Virus record (IMG/VR): IMGVR_UViG_3300048575_000518
Location: 1-44,724 of that record
Strand: one strand, 5' to 3'
DNA length: 44,724 nt
From: a virus
Lineage: Duplodnaviria; Caudoviricetes
How positions within the stretch are numbered: position 1 is the stretch's first letter; every line of letters starts with the position of its first letter. The position numbers and the translations under genes were made by a program. Below, in pieces: positions 16,168 to 25,782 of the stretch. The notes beneath the pieces are model-generated. The model searched no databases and had not been told where the DNA came from. It worked only from the letters and a program-made list of their open reading frames with translations.

Positions 16168-18266
16168 CAGCTCCCGCTGTTCGCCTGAATCCCGACTTGC
16201 TCATCCGCACTGATCTTCAAAGACGAACCTCGGTTCTCGATCCCAACGATGCTCGCCATCATGGATCGCTCAGTCACTTCATCGCTCGTGAACCCAGGCA
16301 AGCGAAGTCGCTTGACTTCGATCGTGTCGCCAATTGATCGCGCGCCGATTGGGAGCGTGGCCGTAAATGTGATTCGCGCTTGCTGATCACCGAAAATAAG
16401 AGCGAGTCGATTGGCGAGAATCTGAGCGTCCGACTCCTCAAATAGAAGACTCTTGAAAATCTGTTGCTTAGATATGTTGTGGAGGTATTTAGCCGATTCG
16501 CTCGTGGCGAAAACACGAAGTGCCTTTGCATCCTGGTCGGTCGGATTGTTGCTAACCTCAGGCTTTCGGAATTCAACGATTACGTCAGATACTACGTCAG
16601 CATATGAGATCTCAAATGAGACCGACTGCTCAATAATCACTGACGAGTCCGCGGTAGCGACAGATGATGTCATTGGTGCGAGGCGCATTAACGCCCAGCG
16701 CCCATCTCCATTTACGTACAGGCGCAAAAGACTTGTTGAGACAATGGCTCTGAGAATATCCATGAATGAAGGAAATTGATCTCCGGACTCAAGGGTAGCG
16801 GAGAATCCAAGGCGTTCAGTGCAAATTGATTTAACCGAGCTAAATGATGCACTGTCGATATCAACCGATTCAACGCCAGCGCGAGACAATAAATCAGAAA
16901 TAATGTCGACTGGATTCGATGACGTCAGGCCGCGAACCCTTGCGACGATCACATCACTTGGCCCTATAAATCGCGGCAGACCAAGATTCGTGGCATAGCT
17001 TGAATTAAACTCAATTCCAAGCGTATCGCCATAAACGTATGGAGCATAGAATATATAATCACGATCAGGAATAGCCTCGTACTTCTTTCCGTCCATCAGA
17101 ATGTCGACGCACGTCACGGTGGGGAGAAGAATGTTCGTTGTTTCCCCTCCGCTAGGTGCGTTCGGCAGTGCGCTAGATATCGCTGTGTGATTAATATATC
17201 CAGACCCAATACTGGTTACCGTCACATACTCCCATCGTGACGTCGACGTAAACCATCCTAGCCCCGTGTTCCATACGCCACGCGCAAGAATCACGCGATC
17301 ACCAACGACGACCTTTTCAGTTCGAGCGGGGACCGATATTAAATTCGGAACATATGTTCTCGTTGTTGTATTTCCGCTCGAGGCGGATTGAACTCCGCGC
17401 GTGTATGCCGCGGTGTTGGTGCCTTTAGAGAAAGGAAGCAGCGGCGAAAGAAACGCGAACCTATTGTTATTCGCTACATTTACGGTCTCATTGAAATTGA
17501 TATTGGTGCCGCGAATTCCCTCGGCCGTTCCGTATATAAATGGAATCGGGCGGCCGGCGGCGGACCGATCGATGTTTGCGCTATTGCCAAAATAGTTTCC
17601 TGGAAAATTCTGATTCAATCTTTCAAATGGATTAACGAGCGTGATACTGATCGAGCCATCATCCACTGTGACGGAATCAGTGAGGCCGGATGCAATCTCT
17701 TTCCAGTTCGTCGGTTCAAAATCACCAAGGCACTGATATATGACGACGTCACACCTGGACCAACTCACCTTATGAGCCAACTCGTCAAGGAATCCGTCGG
17801 CATTGGCGATCTCAATTGACGAGGTCGTAACTGGCACGACGCCGAAGGCCAAATCACTCATCTCACTTTTTGGAGTCGGAATCGTACTGAGTCGCCCCTC
17901 AACAAAGACCTCGTCCGAACTATCGTCGGTCGGCACACGATTCACATAATCTGAAAACGTGCCGATATAGATTTCGATCGTCACGACGACAAATTTTGAC
18001 GTTGGATTGGAGTCGTCGGATAGGCGGACAAGAAGATTGCCGGAGACGCTATCAAATGAGAATTCACCGGCAGCCGGCGTTCCGGTTACCGGAACAAGCC
18101 ATTCTCCGTTGACCGCTACTGATTCAATCCATCTCGTTCCCAAAACCATCGCTTGATATACTGCGCCGGATACAAGAGACCATGAGGTAACCTTCATGCG
18201 TGGATAGAGTACCGCCATTTGATTAACGGACACATCGCTTCGCTGAGAGTTTTCCGCATATGTCAT
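16164..18266 (-). CDS. Tail tip/hub protein
   Basis: GRPIPFIYG and NPVDIISDLL motifs typical of phage tail hub proteins; 700 aa. Confidence 0.7.
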   Translation of the reverse strand: MTYAENSQRSDVSVNQMAVLYPRMKVTSWSLVSGAVYQAMVLGTRWIESVAVNGEWLVPVTGTPAAGEFSFDSVSGNLLVRLSDDSNPTSKFVVVTIEIYIGTFSDYVNRVPTDDSSDEVFVEGRLSTIPTPKSEMSDLAFGVVPVTTSSIEIANADGFLDELAHKVSWSRCDVVIYQCLGDFEPTNWKEIASGLTDSVTVDDGSISITLVNPFERLNQNFPGNYFGNSANIDRSAAGRPIPFIYGTAEGIRGTNINFNETVNVANNNRFAFLSPLLPFSKGTNTAAYTRGVQSASSGNTTTRTYVPNLISVPARTEKVVVGDRVILARGVWNTGLGWFTSTSRWEYVTVTSIGSGYINHTAISSALPNAPSGGETTNILLPTVTCVDILMDGKKYEAIPDRDYIFYAPYVYGDTLGIEFNSSYATNLGLPRFIGPSDVIVARVRGLTSSNPVDIISDLLSRAGVESVDIDSASFSSVKSICTERLGFSATLESGDQFPSFMDILRAIVSTSLLRLYVNGDGRWALMRLAPMTSSVATADSSVIIEQSVSFEISYADVVSDVIVEFRKPEVSNNPTDQDAKALRVFATSESAKYLHNISKQQIFKSLLFEESDAQILANRLALIFGDQQARITFTATLPIGARSIGDTIEVKRLRLPGFTSDEVTERSMMASIVGIENRGSSLKISADEQVGIQANSGSW

Positions 18267-18733
18267 TTATTGGCCCCAATGAAAATCACCGCATATGGCG
18301 CGCGAGCCAATCCCTCAAGCGTCGGTGCGGAGGTAATGTTCGCGGGGATCGGCCACGCCTTCACCGCCGCAATGTGAGATTCGGATGTGCCATCGTAGTC
18401 ATCTGCCGACAGAACAAGATGATAATAGAACCCTGTATCAAGCCGAACTCCCCACGGTGGATTGAACTCAAATGAAATCTCCTTCATTGCGAACACCAGA
18501 GAGGTCACGTCCGAAAGCGATATCGATGTGTGAGATGAAAAAAGGAGATCTCCAGTGTCGCCATCCACGTCTTCGTGAATATTCATTCGAAGATTTGTGA
18601 AGCTCGGCAAATTGAAGAATATAAGCCACGCGCGCACCGCCAGAATCAACCCGCGCGCACCGGGGCGAAATCGCAACGTAGCTTCCGATGATTCACTGCT
18701 CAGATCATCGAAGCGATCCCCCCATACGCGCAT
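18263..18733 (-). CDS. Putative tail protein
   Basis: Coupled within the tail module. Confidence 0.55.
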   Translation of the reverse strand: MRVWGDRFDDLSSESSEATLRFRPGARGLILAVRAWLIFFNLPSFTNLRMNIHEDVDGDTGDLLFSSHTSISLSDVTSLVFAMKEISFEFNPPWGVRLDTGFYYHLVLSADDYDGTSESHIAAVKAWPIPANITSAPTLEGLARAPYAVIFIGANK

Positions 18734-18735
18734 TT

Positions 18736-19539
18736 TTAGACCCCTTCTCGAAACACAGTGCGATAGGAGGAATATGCCGGCCTATTCAGGGACCAGCCCG
18801 GAGCCTCGTCAAACCTGCACCATCTTGTCATCGCGGCAGCCGATGTGGAAAACACGCTGTCCGGATCAAGTACGACAAAGAATGACTTAGAGATTCCGAC
18901 AAGCGAAAAAATCTCATCGAACTTCTCGACGTCAGTCGGATTTAGTGCCCCCCAGTTAACCGTAAAACGCTGTGACTTTGCTCGTGACGTAACGAACGCC
19001 GCGCCGCTCTCAGTGAACACCACAGACGATGGATCGATATGATTGGATTCAAGAGGGAATTGAGCGGCACCGCGATCAGGCGAGAATGCGTCGCCAAGGT
19101 AAACAAGGCCGGCCTCAACATATCCGTAGATGCTATCTGGATCATCAATCTTCAAGCGCCAATATCGATATCCTTGTGGAGCAAGTCCAGTCCAAGAAAA
19201 TGACAATAGATTCTTATAATGGTACGGGACATCTATTTCAAAGCTTGGACTGGTCCAGGCGTCCGTTTCATTCGCCTGAAGTTTAATCTCCGCCGTCGGT
19301 GAAATCTTCAAAGGAAAATTGCGGCTCGCTGTAAGAACAAATGCCCTCGGATTTGACGACGTTCCAAAGTCCCATCTCAACCACTCACTCGTTCCAGTTG
19401 ACCTCCACACGAGCGCACGACGGCTCTCATCGTATAAATTGGATACCGGGAACGCCGGGTCCTCGCTCGACACAGTGGCGGATATCACAAGATCAGCGGA
19501 GGTATAGTTTTGAAAAAGAATCGCAACTGACTTACTCAT
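18736..19539 (-). CDS. Distal tail-like protein with discoidin-like fold
   Basis: SSEDPAFPVSNL...WRS...YRYWRLKIDD...GYVEAG; follows tape measure. Confidence 0.65.
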   Translation of the reverse strand: MSKSVAILFQNYTSADLVISATVSSEDPAFPVSNLYDESRRALVWRSTGTSEWLRWDFGTSSNPRAFVLTASRNFPLKISPTAEIKLQANETDAWTSPSFEIDVPYHYKNLLSFSWTGLAPQGYRYWRLKIDDPDSIYGYVEAGLVYLGDAFSPDRGAAQFPLESNHIDPSSVVFTESGAAFVTSRAKSQRFTVNWGALNPTDVEKFDEIFSLVGISKSFFVVLDPDSVFSTSAAAMTRWCRFDEAPGWSLNRPAYSSYRTVFREGV

Positions 19540-22226
19540 GCGAGTCTGTACCCCCGGCGATTGAGATTGTAGATCTGGCTCGCGAGCTCACGCTCTCCAA
19601 TCATGAGCTTCAGAACGACAGGCTCCTCGCTCTGCGCTCCAAGCAACGAGATCAGCTGATCAAGCCTTGCCAATAGCTCACCGCCTCCGTCTCCGTCTCC
19701 GGATAATGCTTTAGCTTGCGCCACAGAGCCGCTCTTAAACGCAACGCCAGGTATATCTACTCCGATGGCGTTCTCGACAGAACCCTTTCCGCCGCCGCCC
19801 GTAGCTCCAGACACGGCCCCCAAGAAGCTACCGGCCGATCCGCCGATCGGGCTAATTAATCCGCCGATTGCGCCGGTTACGGTACTGCCGACGCTCCCGA
19901 GTCCGCCACCGATTCGATTAATCGCGCCGCCAATGCCGTCGATCAATTTTTGAATAAACTGACCGGCGCCATCGAGAATCTTCTCTGTGAACGACAGCGC
20001 TGCCTTACCCAATGCTGCCGGAACGCTCACATATATGGATCGAGCGATGGCAATGGCGATATCGGGAGCGCGCTGCACGAGCTTATCAATAATCGCCGGC
20101 ATCTTGTCCGCGAGGCGGTCAATGATCTCAGGCATGCCATCGGCGAGAGATTGAATGACCTCAGGAATCGCGAGGATCACATTCTCAACCACATCCGGAA
20201 TGCCACGAATGATTGACTGGATCATCTCACGCACTTCGTCGGGCCCCTTGGCCAACTGCTCAAATATTGGTCCTACGATTTGACCAAATCCCGGCGCGAA
20301 ATACTCAGCAACTGATGAGAGAGCATTGCCCATCACCTTGGCTGCCCCGGCGATCTCTGATTTTCTGGCCTCCTTAAGTGCCTTTTGATAGTCCTTTTCA
20401 GCCTTGATCGAATCCTCTTGGAATTTAATCTGCGCATCGGAGCGACGCTTGTTATAATCGGTCTGAAGCTTCGCAAGCTGTTCATTCGCTGCGACCTGAG
20501 TCAGCGTGCCGGCTTGAACTTGTGCTTCGATATCGGCTCGCGACTTGGCGTATTCGGATTCAATCTCACTATTGCTCTTGGCCAGTTCTTCTTTGATCGA
20601 ATCCATGCTCTCAGCATGGCTATTCTTCGCGTCGCGAGTAGCGGTCGAGCCGCTTGAGAGAATGAGATTGACGGCGCCCATGGACGAGGCGATGACATCC
20701 CCGATACTCGCAACTTTTTCAAAGAAAATTTTAAATGGTGAGTCGAATAAATCTTTGATTCGTTGCTTTTGATCAGCAAGCGCCTTTTCCGTTTTTCGTT
20801 TTTCCTCTTCGAGCTTCTTCGCCTTAAGCTCGCCGAGATCATGCTCGTATTTTACCTTGAGCTTATATGTGTCATTCGCGTACTGCGTATCGGTTACTTG
20901 GCCGCGCTTAAGGCCATCGCGAAGTTTCGCAAGCGCTTCAGTGTACTCCTTGGTGAGAACCTGACCCGCATCCATGCCGGCATTTTTTATCTTCTCTTCG
21001 ATGGCCTTAATCTGGGACTCAAGCTCTGGGCTAAATCGAGGATTCTTTTTTTCCTTCGTGGTCAGCTCTTTAATTCGATTCCTGACCTCTTCAAGTCTCT
21101 CGTTGGTCTTCTCAAGCTCGGCGTTTTGATTCTTGGCAAAGTCAGACTTAATTCCCTGACGATTTGCGGCGGCTACCATCTCCTCATATTGACGGGCTCT
21201 CGCTGCAAGCTTCGTATACTCACCCGAGAGCTCAGCGAGTTCATTTTTCTTCGTGGTGGCCGACGCTGAAAGCAGCGGGAGAAGATATCCAAGCGCACCG
21301 CCAAGCGCCGTGAGTGCCGCTGTCGCCACTCCGATCGGCCCAAATGCTGCGGAGATAGTTGTCTTAAACACGGCAGCGGCAGCGGATGCCGCTGTAAATA
21401 CGACTGTTAAAGATCCCAATCCAGCGATCACGGCACTGAGCCCGGCCGCCGCTCCCGCTAATCCCGTTACAAGAGAGCGCATCCCCCCGTCATTGACCGC
21501 GGATGTAATTGAATGAAGTAGGCCGATCACAAGACCGTTCTTCGTGATGAGATCACCGTAACTCTCAAGCATGTTGTCGATTGCATTAGTGGCCTGCGCG
21601 ACAGCGCCGGAGTAAGTCTCCGTCATTGCATGGGCAGAGCCCCTGAATCTATTTTCAACAAAGTCAATCGCCGCGCCGGCCTGAAGTTGAGCCGCCGAGA
21701 ATTTACGAAGCGCAGGAAGCGATTCGGCAAGTTTTCCAGACGTGCCATCGAGCGTCTTGCCAAGTTGCTCGACGGCACCCGAGAGACTTCCACCCGTTGC
21801 GGCGCTCAATTCAACCGCTGCTCGGATTAGCTTCATGGCTTCATCGTTCGTCGCGCCGAAGCTCTTCGCAAGAGCGACCTGCTGAAGAACCGCGTCGTCG
21901 TCTAGTGTCGATATTTCCTGAATACCTTCAGCAAATGAAGCAAACGACCGAGCCGCATCATCCGAATAGTCGCCGGCCGAACGTAAAGCCTGGCGCATTG
22001 ATTCAAAGCTCTTTTCAGCCTCGGCCGACTTATCGATTACCGAGGTGAAAGCTTCTTTAATTTTTAAAACTGCGCCAGCAATTGGAACCGACGCAGCTAC
22101 ATCATGAACCCGCTTAAATGATTCTTCTACCGACTGAAGTCGTCTCGATGATTCGTCGGCGAAAAACGCGATTCGTTTGATCGCATCATTGATATCGGCT
22201 GAAATCTTAAAATATACATCAGCCAT
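19536..22226 (-). CDS. Tape measure protein
   Basis: 896 aa, Ala/Gly-rich helical repeats, hydrophobic central segment, follows chaperones. Confidence 0.9.
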   Translation of the reverse strand: MADVYFKISADINDAIKRIAFFADESSRRLQSVEESFKRVHDVAASVPIAGAVLKIKEAFTSVIDKSAEAEKSFESMRQALRSAGDYSDDAARSFASFAEGIQEISTLDDDAVLQQVALAKSFGATNDEAMKLIRAAVELSAATGGSLSGAVEQLGKTLDGTSGKLAESLPALRKFSAAQLQAGAAIDFVENRFRGSAHAMTETYSGAVAQATNAIDNMLESYGDLITKNGLVIGLLHSITSAVNDGGMRSLVTGLAGAAAGLSAVIAGLGSLTVVFTAASAAAAVFKTTISAAFGPIGVATAALTALGGALGYLLPLLSASATTKKNELAELSGEYTKLAARARQYEEMVAAANRQGIKSDFAKNQNAELEKTNERLEEVRNRIKELTTKEKKNPRFSPELESQIKAIEEKIKNAGMDAGQVLTKEYTEALAKLRDGLKRGQVTDTQYANDTYKLKVKYEHDLGELKAKKLEEEKRKTEKALADQKQRIKDLFDSPFKIFFEKVASIGDVIASSMGAVNLILSSGSTATRDAKNSHAESMDSIKEELAKSNSEIESEYAKSRADIEAQVQAGTLTQVAANEQLAKLQTDYNKRRSDAQIKFQEDSIKAEKDYQKALKEARKSEIAGAAKVMGNALSSVAEYFAPGFGQIVGPIFEQLAKGPDEVREMIQSIIRGIPDVVENVILAIPEVIQSLADGMPEIIDRLADKMPAIIDKLVQRAPDIAIAIARSIYVSVPAALGKAALSFTEKILDGAGQFIQKLIDGIGGAINRIGGGLGSVGSTVTGAIGGLISPIGGSAGSFLGAVSGATGGGGKGSVENAIGVDIPGVAFKSGSVAQAKALSGDGDGGGELLARLDQLISLLGAQSEEPVVLKLMIGERELASQIYNLNRRGYRLA

Positions 22227-22240
22227 TCACCCGCTCCGAG

Positions 22241-22474
22241 TTAAACCCTCGTCTTTTTATCGACCGCCCTTTCTGGGCCGGAAGCGAGACGATCGTACTC
22301 GGATGAGATGCGATTGAAGATGTATGCCTTCCTCGAAGACAGCCCTCTTGCGTCGAAGCGGTATCCGAGGCGAGCCAGGCGACTCCTGGCATTGAATTCC
22401 GCCACGTATTGCAGCATAGGATTTTCGACCTGATCGGCAACCCCATGAAACGCGGCGAACACCGCTTCACCCAA
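22241..22474 (-). CDS. Tail assembly chaperone, -1 frame extension (gpT-like)
   Basis: In the -1 frame relative to the upstream ORF and open from the slippery site CCCAAAC. Confidence 0.75.
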   Translation of the reverse strand: MGEAVFAAFHGVADQVENPMLQYVAEFNARSRLARLGYRFDARGLSSRKAYIFNRISSEYDRLASGPERAVDKKTRV

Positions 22475-22482
22475 GAGGGCTT

Positions 22483-22869
22483 CTAGTTTGGGTCGATCTC
22501 CGGCTGCATAAGACGCTCACCAGCGGCGATCAAAGCCTTATCGAACGACTGGCAATAGCTGAGATCATCGAACGACTCAAACCTCTTGCCATCAGAGACG
22601 CGAGTGATGTCGACGCTTTTAAAGAAGGGCTTCGCGGCACGAACGAGACGGCGAGCGAATGCGATCTTATTATGCTTGCGCTCTGTCTCGCCCGGCTCGC
22701 CATCCAGGAGCCCAGACTCAACCTGCTCGATCAATTCAAATCGCTCATCAAAGTTCGGAAGGAAAAGAACGATCTTTCCCGTGAACGCCGGAGGAGTCTT
22801 CTCCCCTGATTCGGAGATCGCTTCCTTACAAATATCTGGGACAAAATCAAACGTAGGACGTTCTTGCAC
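22483..22869 (-). CDS. Tail assembly chaperone (gpG-like)
   Basis: Between tail tube and tape measure; ends C CCA AAC TAG. Confidence 0.8.
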   Translation of the reverse strand: MQERPTFDFVPDICKEAISESGEKTPPAFTGKIVLFLPNFDERFELIEQVESGLLDGEPGETERKHNKIAFARRLVRAAKPFFKSVDITRVSDGKRFESFDDLSYCQSFDKALIAAGERLMQPEIDPN

Positions 22870-22877
22870 CGCTCACC

Positions 22878-24395
22878 TCACAAGAAGTTCATGTAGAATT
22901 CGCCATTGCCGTCGTTATCGGCAAAGGCGGTAAATGTGGCACTGATCACGGCAATGCTATTGCTGTCATCGATCTTGAATTTTGAGATCGTGGCGTCAGG
23001 CACGTAGATGTTGCCGCATTTTCCTGGCATCCAGTTGTCGCCAGACTTCACACCGAAGTTAAAGCAGAAGCTTGTCTTATCGCCCTTCCGATAGCGGCGA
23101 TACTTATCGACGTCGTGCTTCTTGATGGCGGCGCTGATGTCGATCGAGATCTCGCGAGCGGTCGCCACTTTCCCGTCGTTACCGCTCTTCTTTGTGATAT
23201 CGGGCTTAGACTCTTGAGTTGTATTCGCATTCACACGAATCGACTGAACAGAGAAGTTATCGGTGTCCGTGGCATCACCGATCAAGACCTCGTTATCCTT
23301 GGCGACCAGAGGATCATTGGAGTCAAAGGACGGATTGACCGGCGGGGCCCAAGAAAGCTCCGAATCAGAGTCATAGGTCAGAGCACCGGTCTTATCTGCC
23401 GCAGCGCTAAGACCGATCTTATCGCCAATCGAATTTGCGGCGTTCGCTCCCGTGTTGAGAAGAAGCGAGAACGTGGTGCCATCTGAAGTAAACGTGAATT
23501 TTCCGGCTTTCGCTCCGGTGTCATTGTACTTCACGGTGAAGACATTGGCAGAGCCAAGCGCATTCATCGCTGTCTCGATCGCAGATGCCATATCGTGCGG
23601 ATCTTTGTAGAAGCCAGCTTTGACGGTCGCGACGAGAGTGTCCTCGTCATCAATGAAATCAAGCTTGGTGTCGGCGGCCTTGATCTCGATCGGATTGAAG
23701 AAATATTCAGATCCAGCCATACCGAACTGCATGTTGATTGTCTTACGGGCCTGCGCGTCGATCGACATCGAATTCACGCGAAGGCCAGACACCATCTCGA
23801 TAATCTGATCACGGCCGCGGTAGAGCCATGCCGAAAGCGACGGCGTGCCTTCGTCAAGAGGAGAGAAGTTAACACACTTGCCAAGCTTCACGCCGGATCC
23901 GGGAGCCGCGCCCGTGGGCAAATTGAAGCCAAGATTCAGGTCGCCAGCTGCGACACTCAAGACAGGTCTGATATTGAACCCGTTGACCGGATCTTTGATC
24001 AAGACCGCAAAGCCACGCTTAAAGTCTGTGGCGCCCGCCGACGGCTTAATTGCCGAAACGGTCGATCCGGCCGACGTCTGGCGCTCGGTGCCGTTCGTCG
24101 TCATGGATCCGATCGCAGACTTCAACAGTCGATAGAAGTTCGGGGCCTGGCCCTCAACCCCAGAATGTCGCAGGTAATGGGAGAATGATGCATTCGGAGA
24201 CTCTTGACCGAGCATCGGCTTTGTCTGAGCGATACTGCCGCGAATCTCATCGCTTTGAATGGTCTCGATATTGGGATCGATCGAGAATCCAGTTTGAAGT
24301 GCAACGAAGTCAGATGCCAAAGTCGGCGCGACCGGAGCTCCTTCAGTAACTTCCTCAACTAGAGCCAATACCGACTTTCTATTTTTAACCGACAT
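22878..24395 (-). CDS. Major tail tube protein with internal extra domain
   Basis: Position; SDEIRG, GLRVNSMSI, REISID, IYVPDATI tube-like motifs; 505 aa. Confidence 0.75.
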   Translation of the reverse strand: MSVKNRKSVLALVEEVTEGAPVAPTLASDFVALQTGFSIDPNIETIQSDEIRGSIAQTKPMLGQESPNASFSHYLRHSGVEGQAPNFYRLLKSAIGSMTTNGTERQTSAGSTVSAIKPSAGATDFKRGFAVLIKDPVNGFNIRPVLSVAAGDLNLGFNLPTGAAPGSGVKLGKCVNFSPLDEGTPSLSAWLYRGRDQIIEMVSGLRVNSMSIDAQARKTINMQFGMAGSEYFFNPIEIKAADTKLDFIDDEDTLVATVKAGFYKDPHDMASAIETAMNALGSANVFTVKYNDTGAKAGKFTFTSDGTTFSLLLNTGANAANSIGDKIGLSAAADKTGALTYDSDSELSWAPPVNPSFDSNDPLVAKDNEVLIGDATDTDNFSVQSIRVNANTTQESKPDITKKSGNDGKVATAREISIDISAAIKKHDVDKYRRYRKGDKTSFCFNFGVKSGDNWMPGKCGNIYVPDATISKFKIDDSNSIAVISATFTAFADNDGNGEFYMNFL

Positions 24396-24407
24396 TCTCT
24401 CCCCCTC

Positions 24408-24821
24408 TTATGCGAGATACGTCACTTGATAAGTAAGGCGCGCGAGCCCGAACGGCTGATCTCCAGCCATCGATAAATCGGTCTCAGTACCTTTGAGTTC
24501 ACAATTGATTGCATGCCCGCCGAGCGCATCGTCAGCATCCATGAGATCCTCGACCGCCTTGGCTAGATCATCGATTTCATCTTCGATACCTTCGGTAACG
24601 GATACGTAGAGATCGATCGCAAGATTCAGCGTGCGAAGCTCGTCGGTCCCGGTCATGTCGTTCTGCCCGCTCTCTTCATTGAGCGCGAAGATCGAGATAT
24701 ACGGGAACGCCATTCCAAAGAAACGAGCGGCGCGGTTCGAGACCACGCGATCACCGGCTGCCGTAGCACCGGTCAGTTTCGCAACGCATGCATTTCTGAT
24801 ATCTGCTCTTTTGTGGCCCAC
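24408..24821 (-). CDS. Tail terminator/completion protein
   Basis: RADIRNA...FPYISIF...IDDLA...D-x-x-LGG...ARLTYQVTY. Confidence 0.75.
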   Translation of the reverse strand: MGHKRADIRNACVAKLTGATAAGDRVVSNRAARFFGMAFPYISIFALNEESGQNDMTGTDELRTLNLAIDLYVSVTEGIEDEIDDLAKAVEDLMDADDALGGHAINCELKGTETDLSMAGDQPFGLARLTYQVTYLA

Positions 24822-25141
24822 TATTTCTGCAGAACGAGTCTCGCTCCGCCTCCGCCATCAGGCTGACAATCCATGATTTTGTATTCGACTTCACTCACGA
24901 CAACTTTATCGCCCGCCACGGGCATTGCCGGAAGCTGAGCAAGATTGATATCCATGACGGTCTGCATACCGGAAACAGGAAGGCCCGCTCCCATCTGCAC
25001 CTCAACCCAGTCCCTCGTCACAATCCCATCAATCGGAATTGATCCGCCGGCTTTCGGGATAAAAAACTTCGACGTGGCCGACTTGCCAAATGTCTCGATT
25101 CCGATATCTGTGATGTCTTGCCTGATCTCATCCCAATCCAT
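24821..25141 (-). CDS. Head-tail joining protein (gpFII-like)
   Basis: PVAGDKVVV...YKIMDCQPDGGGGARLVL. Confidence 0.75.
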   Translation of the reverse strand: MDWDEIRQDITDIGIETFGKSATSKFFIPKAGGSIPIDGIVTRDWVEVQMGAGLPVSGMQTVMDINLAQLPAMPVAGDKVVVSEVEYKIMDCQPDGGGGARLVLQK

Positions 25142-25184
25142 GAAAGGCTCCCCGGGGGATCGCTCCCCCGGCTCTAATTGATGA

Positions 25185-25691
25185 TTACGCAGTTGCCATC
25201 AGCCCTGGCGCCTTTAGGGCCGCAATGACTGCGTCGACTTTCGCCTCGATAGCATCGAGACGGGCCTCCGTTCCGGCTAGCGGAGCTGCGTTTGCGCCGA
25301 CGCCATCAACGCCGACGAGAGCCGCGGTCGCGCCAAGCGCCGGGATCGCGGCGGCTTGTGGAGTGCCGATGCCGATCTTCACATACGCCTGCGTTGCGGC
25401 AGATGCCGCATCGTATGCGGCAATGCCGGCGAATACCGATTTCTGAGTCTTCGTGAGTTCATTTTCGACCGTGTCAAAATACAGTCGATCGCCTTGAGAG
25501 AATTCAGTGTCGGCGACTTTGTCGAGCAGCACGACTTCTTCAGAGAGAAGCGTGCCTTTGCCTCCGGCCACGATCTTGCCAGTAGCAATATAGATTCGGC
25601 CGCCGAGCGGCACCACTGCTCCGGACTCGATGTCAGTTCCGGATGTATTTTTAAAGTCCAGGGTTTTTCCTTCTTGATAACCGTTGCGCAT
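25185..25691 (-). CDS. Capsid cement/DUF2190-like protein with C-terminal extension
   Basis: MRNGYQEGKTLDF...IESGAVV...FSQGDRLYFD; follows capsid. Confidence 0.75.
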   Translation of the reverse strand: MRNGYQEGKTLDFKNTSGTDIESGAVVPLGGRIYIATGKIVAGGKGTLLSEEVVLLDKVADTEFSQGDRLYFDTVENELTKTQKSVFAGIAAYDAASAATQAYVKIGIGTPQAAAIPALGATAALVGVDGVGANAAPLAGTEARLDAIEAKVDAVIAALKAPGLMATA

Positions 25692-25719
25692 TCTTTGCCC
25701 CTTGAAAAAGGATTGAAAA

Positions 25720-25766
25720 ATTTAAAAGAAAACAGAGGACCGTGCGGCGCCCGAAGACACCGCGCG
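25720..25766 (-). terminator. Hairpin/terminator after the capsid gene
   Basis: Minus strand CGCGCGGTGTC-TTCG-GGCGCCGCACG then a T-rich tract. Confidence 0.55.
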
Positions 25767-25782
25767 ATTTCACTGAAGAGGA

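Noticed and set aside
13562-18266. Diversity-generating retroelement or invertible fibre cassette
   Set aside because: No reverse transcriptase or invertase in the window and no template/variable repeat pair noticed by eye.
25151-25171. CCGGGGGA-TCGC-TCCCCCGG hairpin as a mobile or REP element
   Set aside because: Only one copy noticed; more simply an intergenic stabiliser or weak terminator in the late operon.
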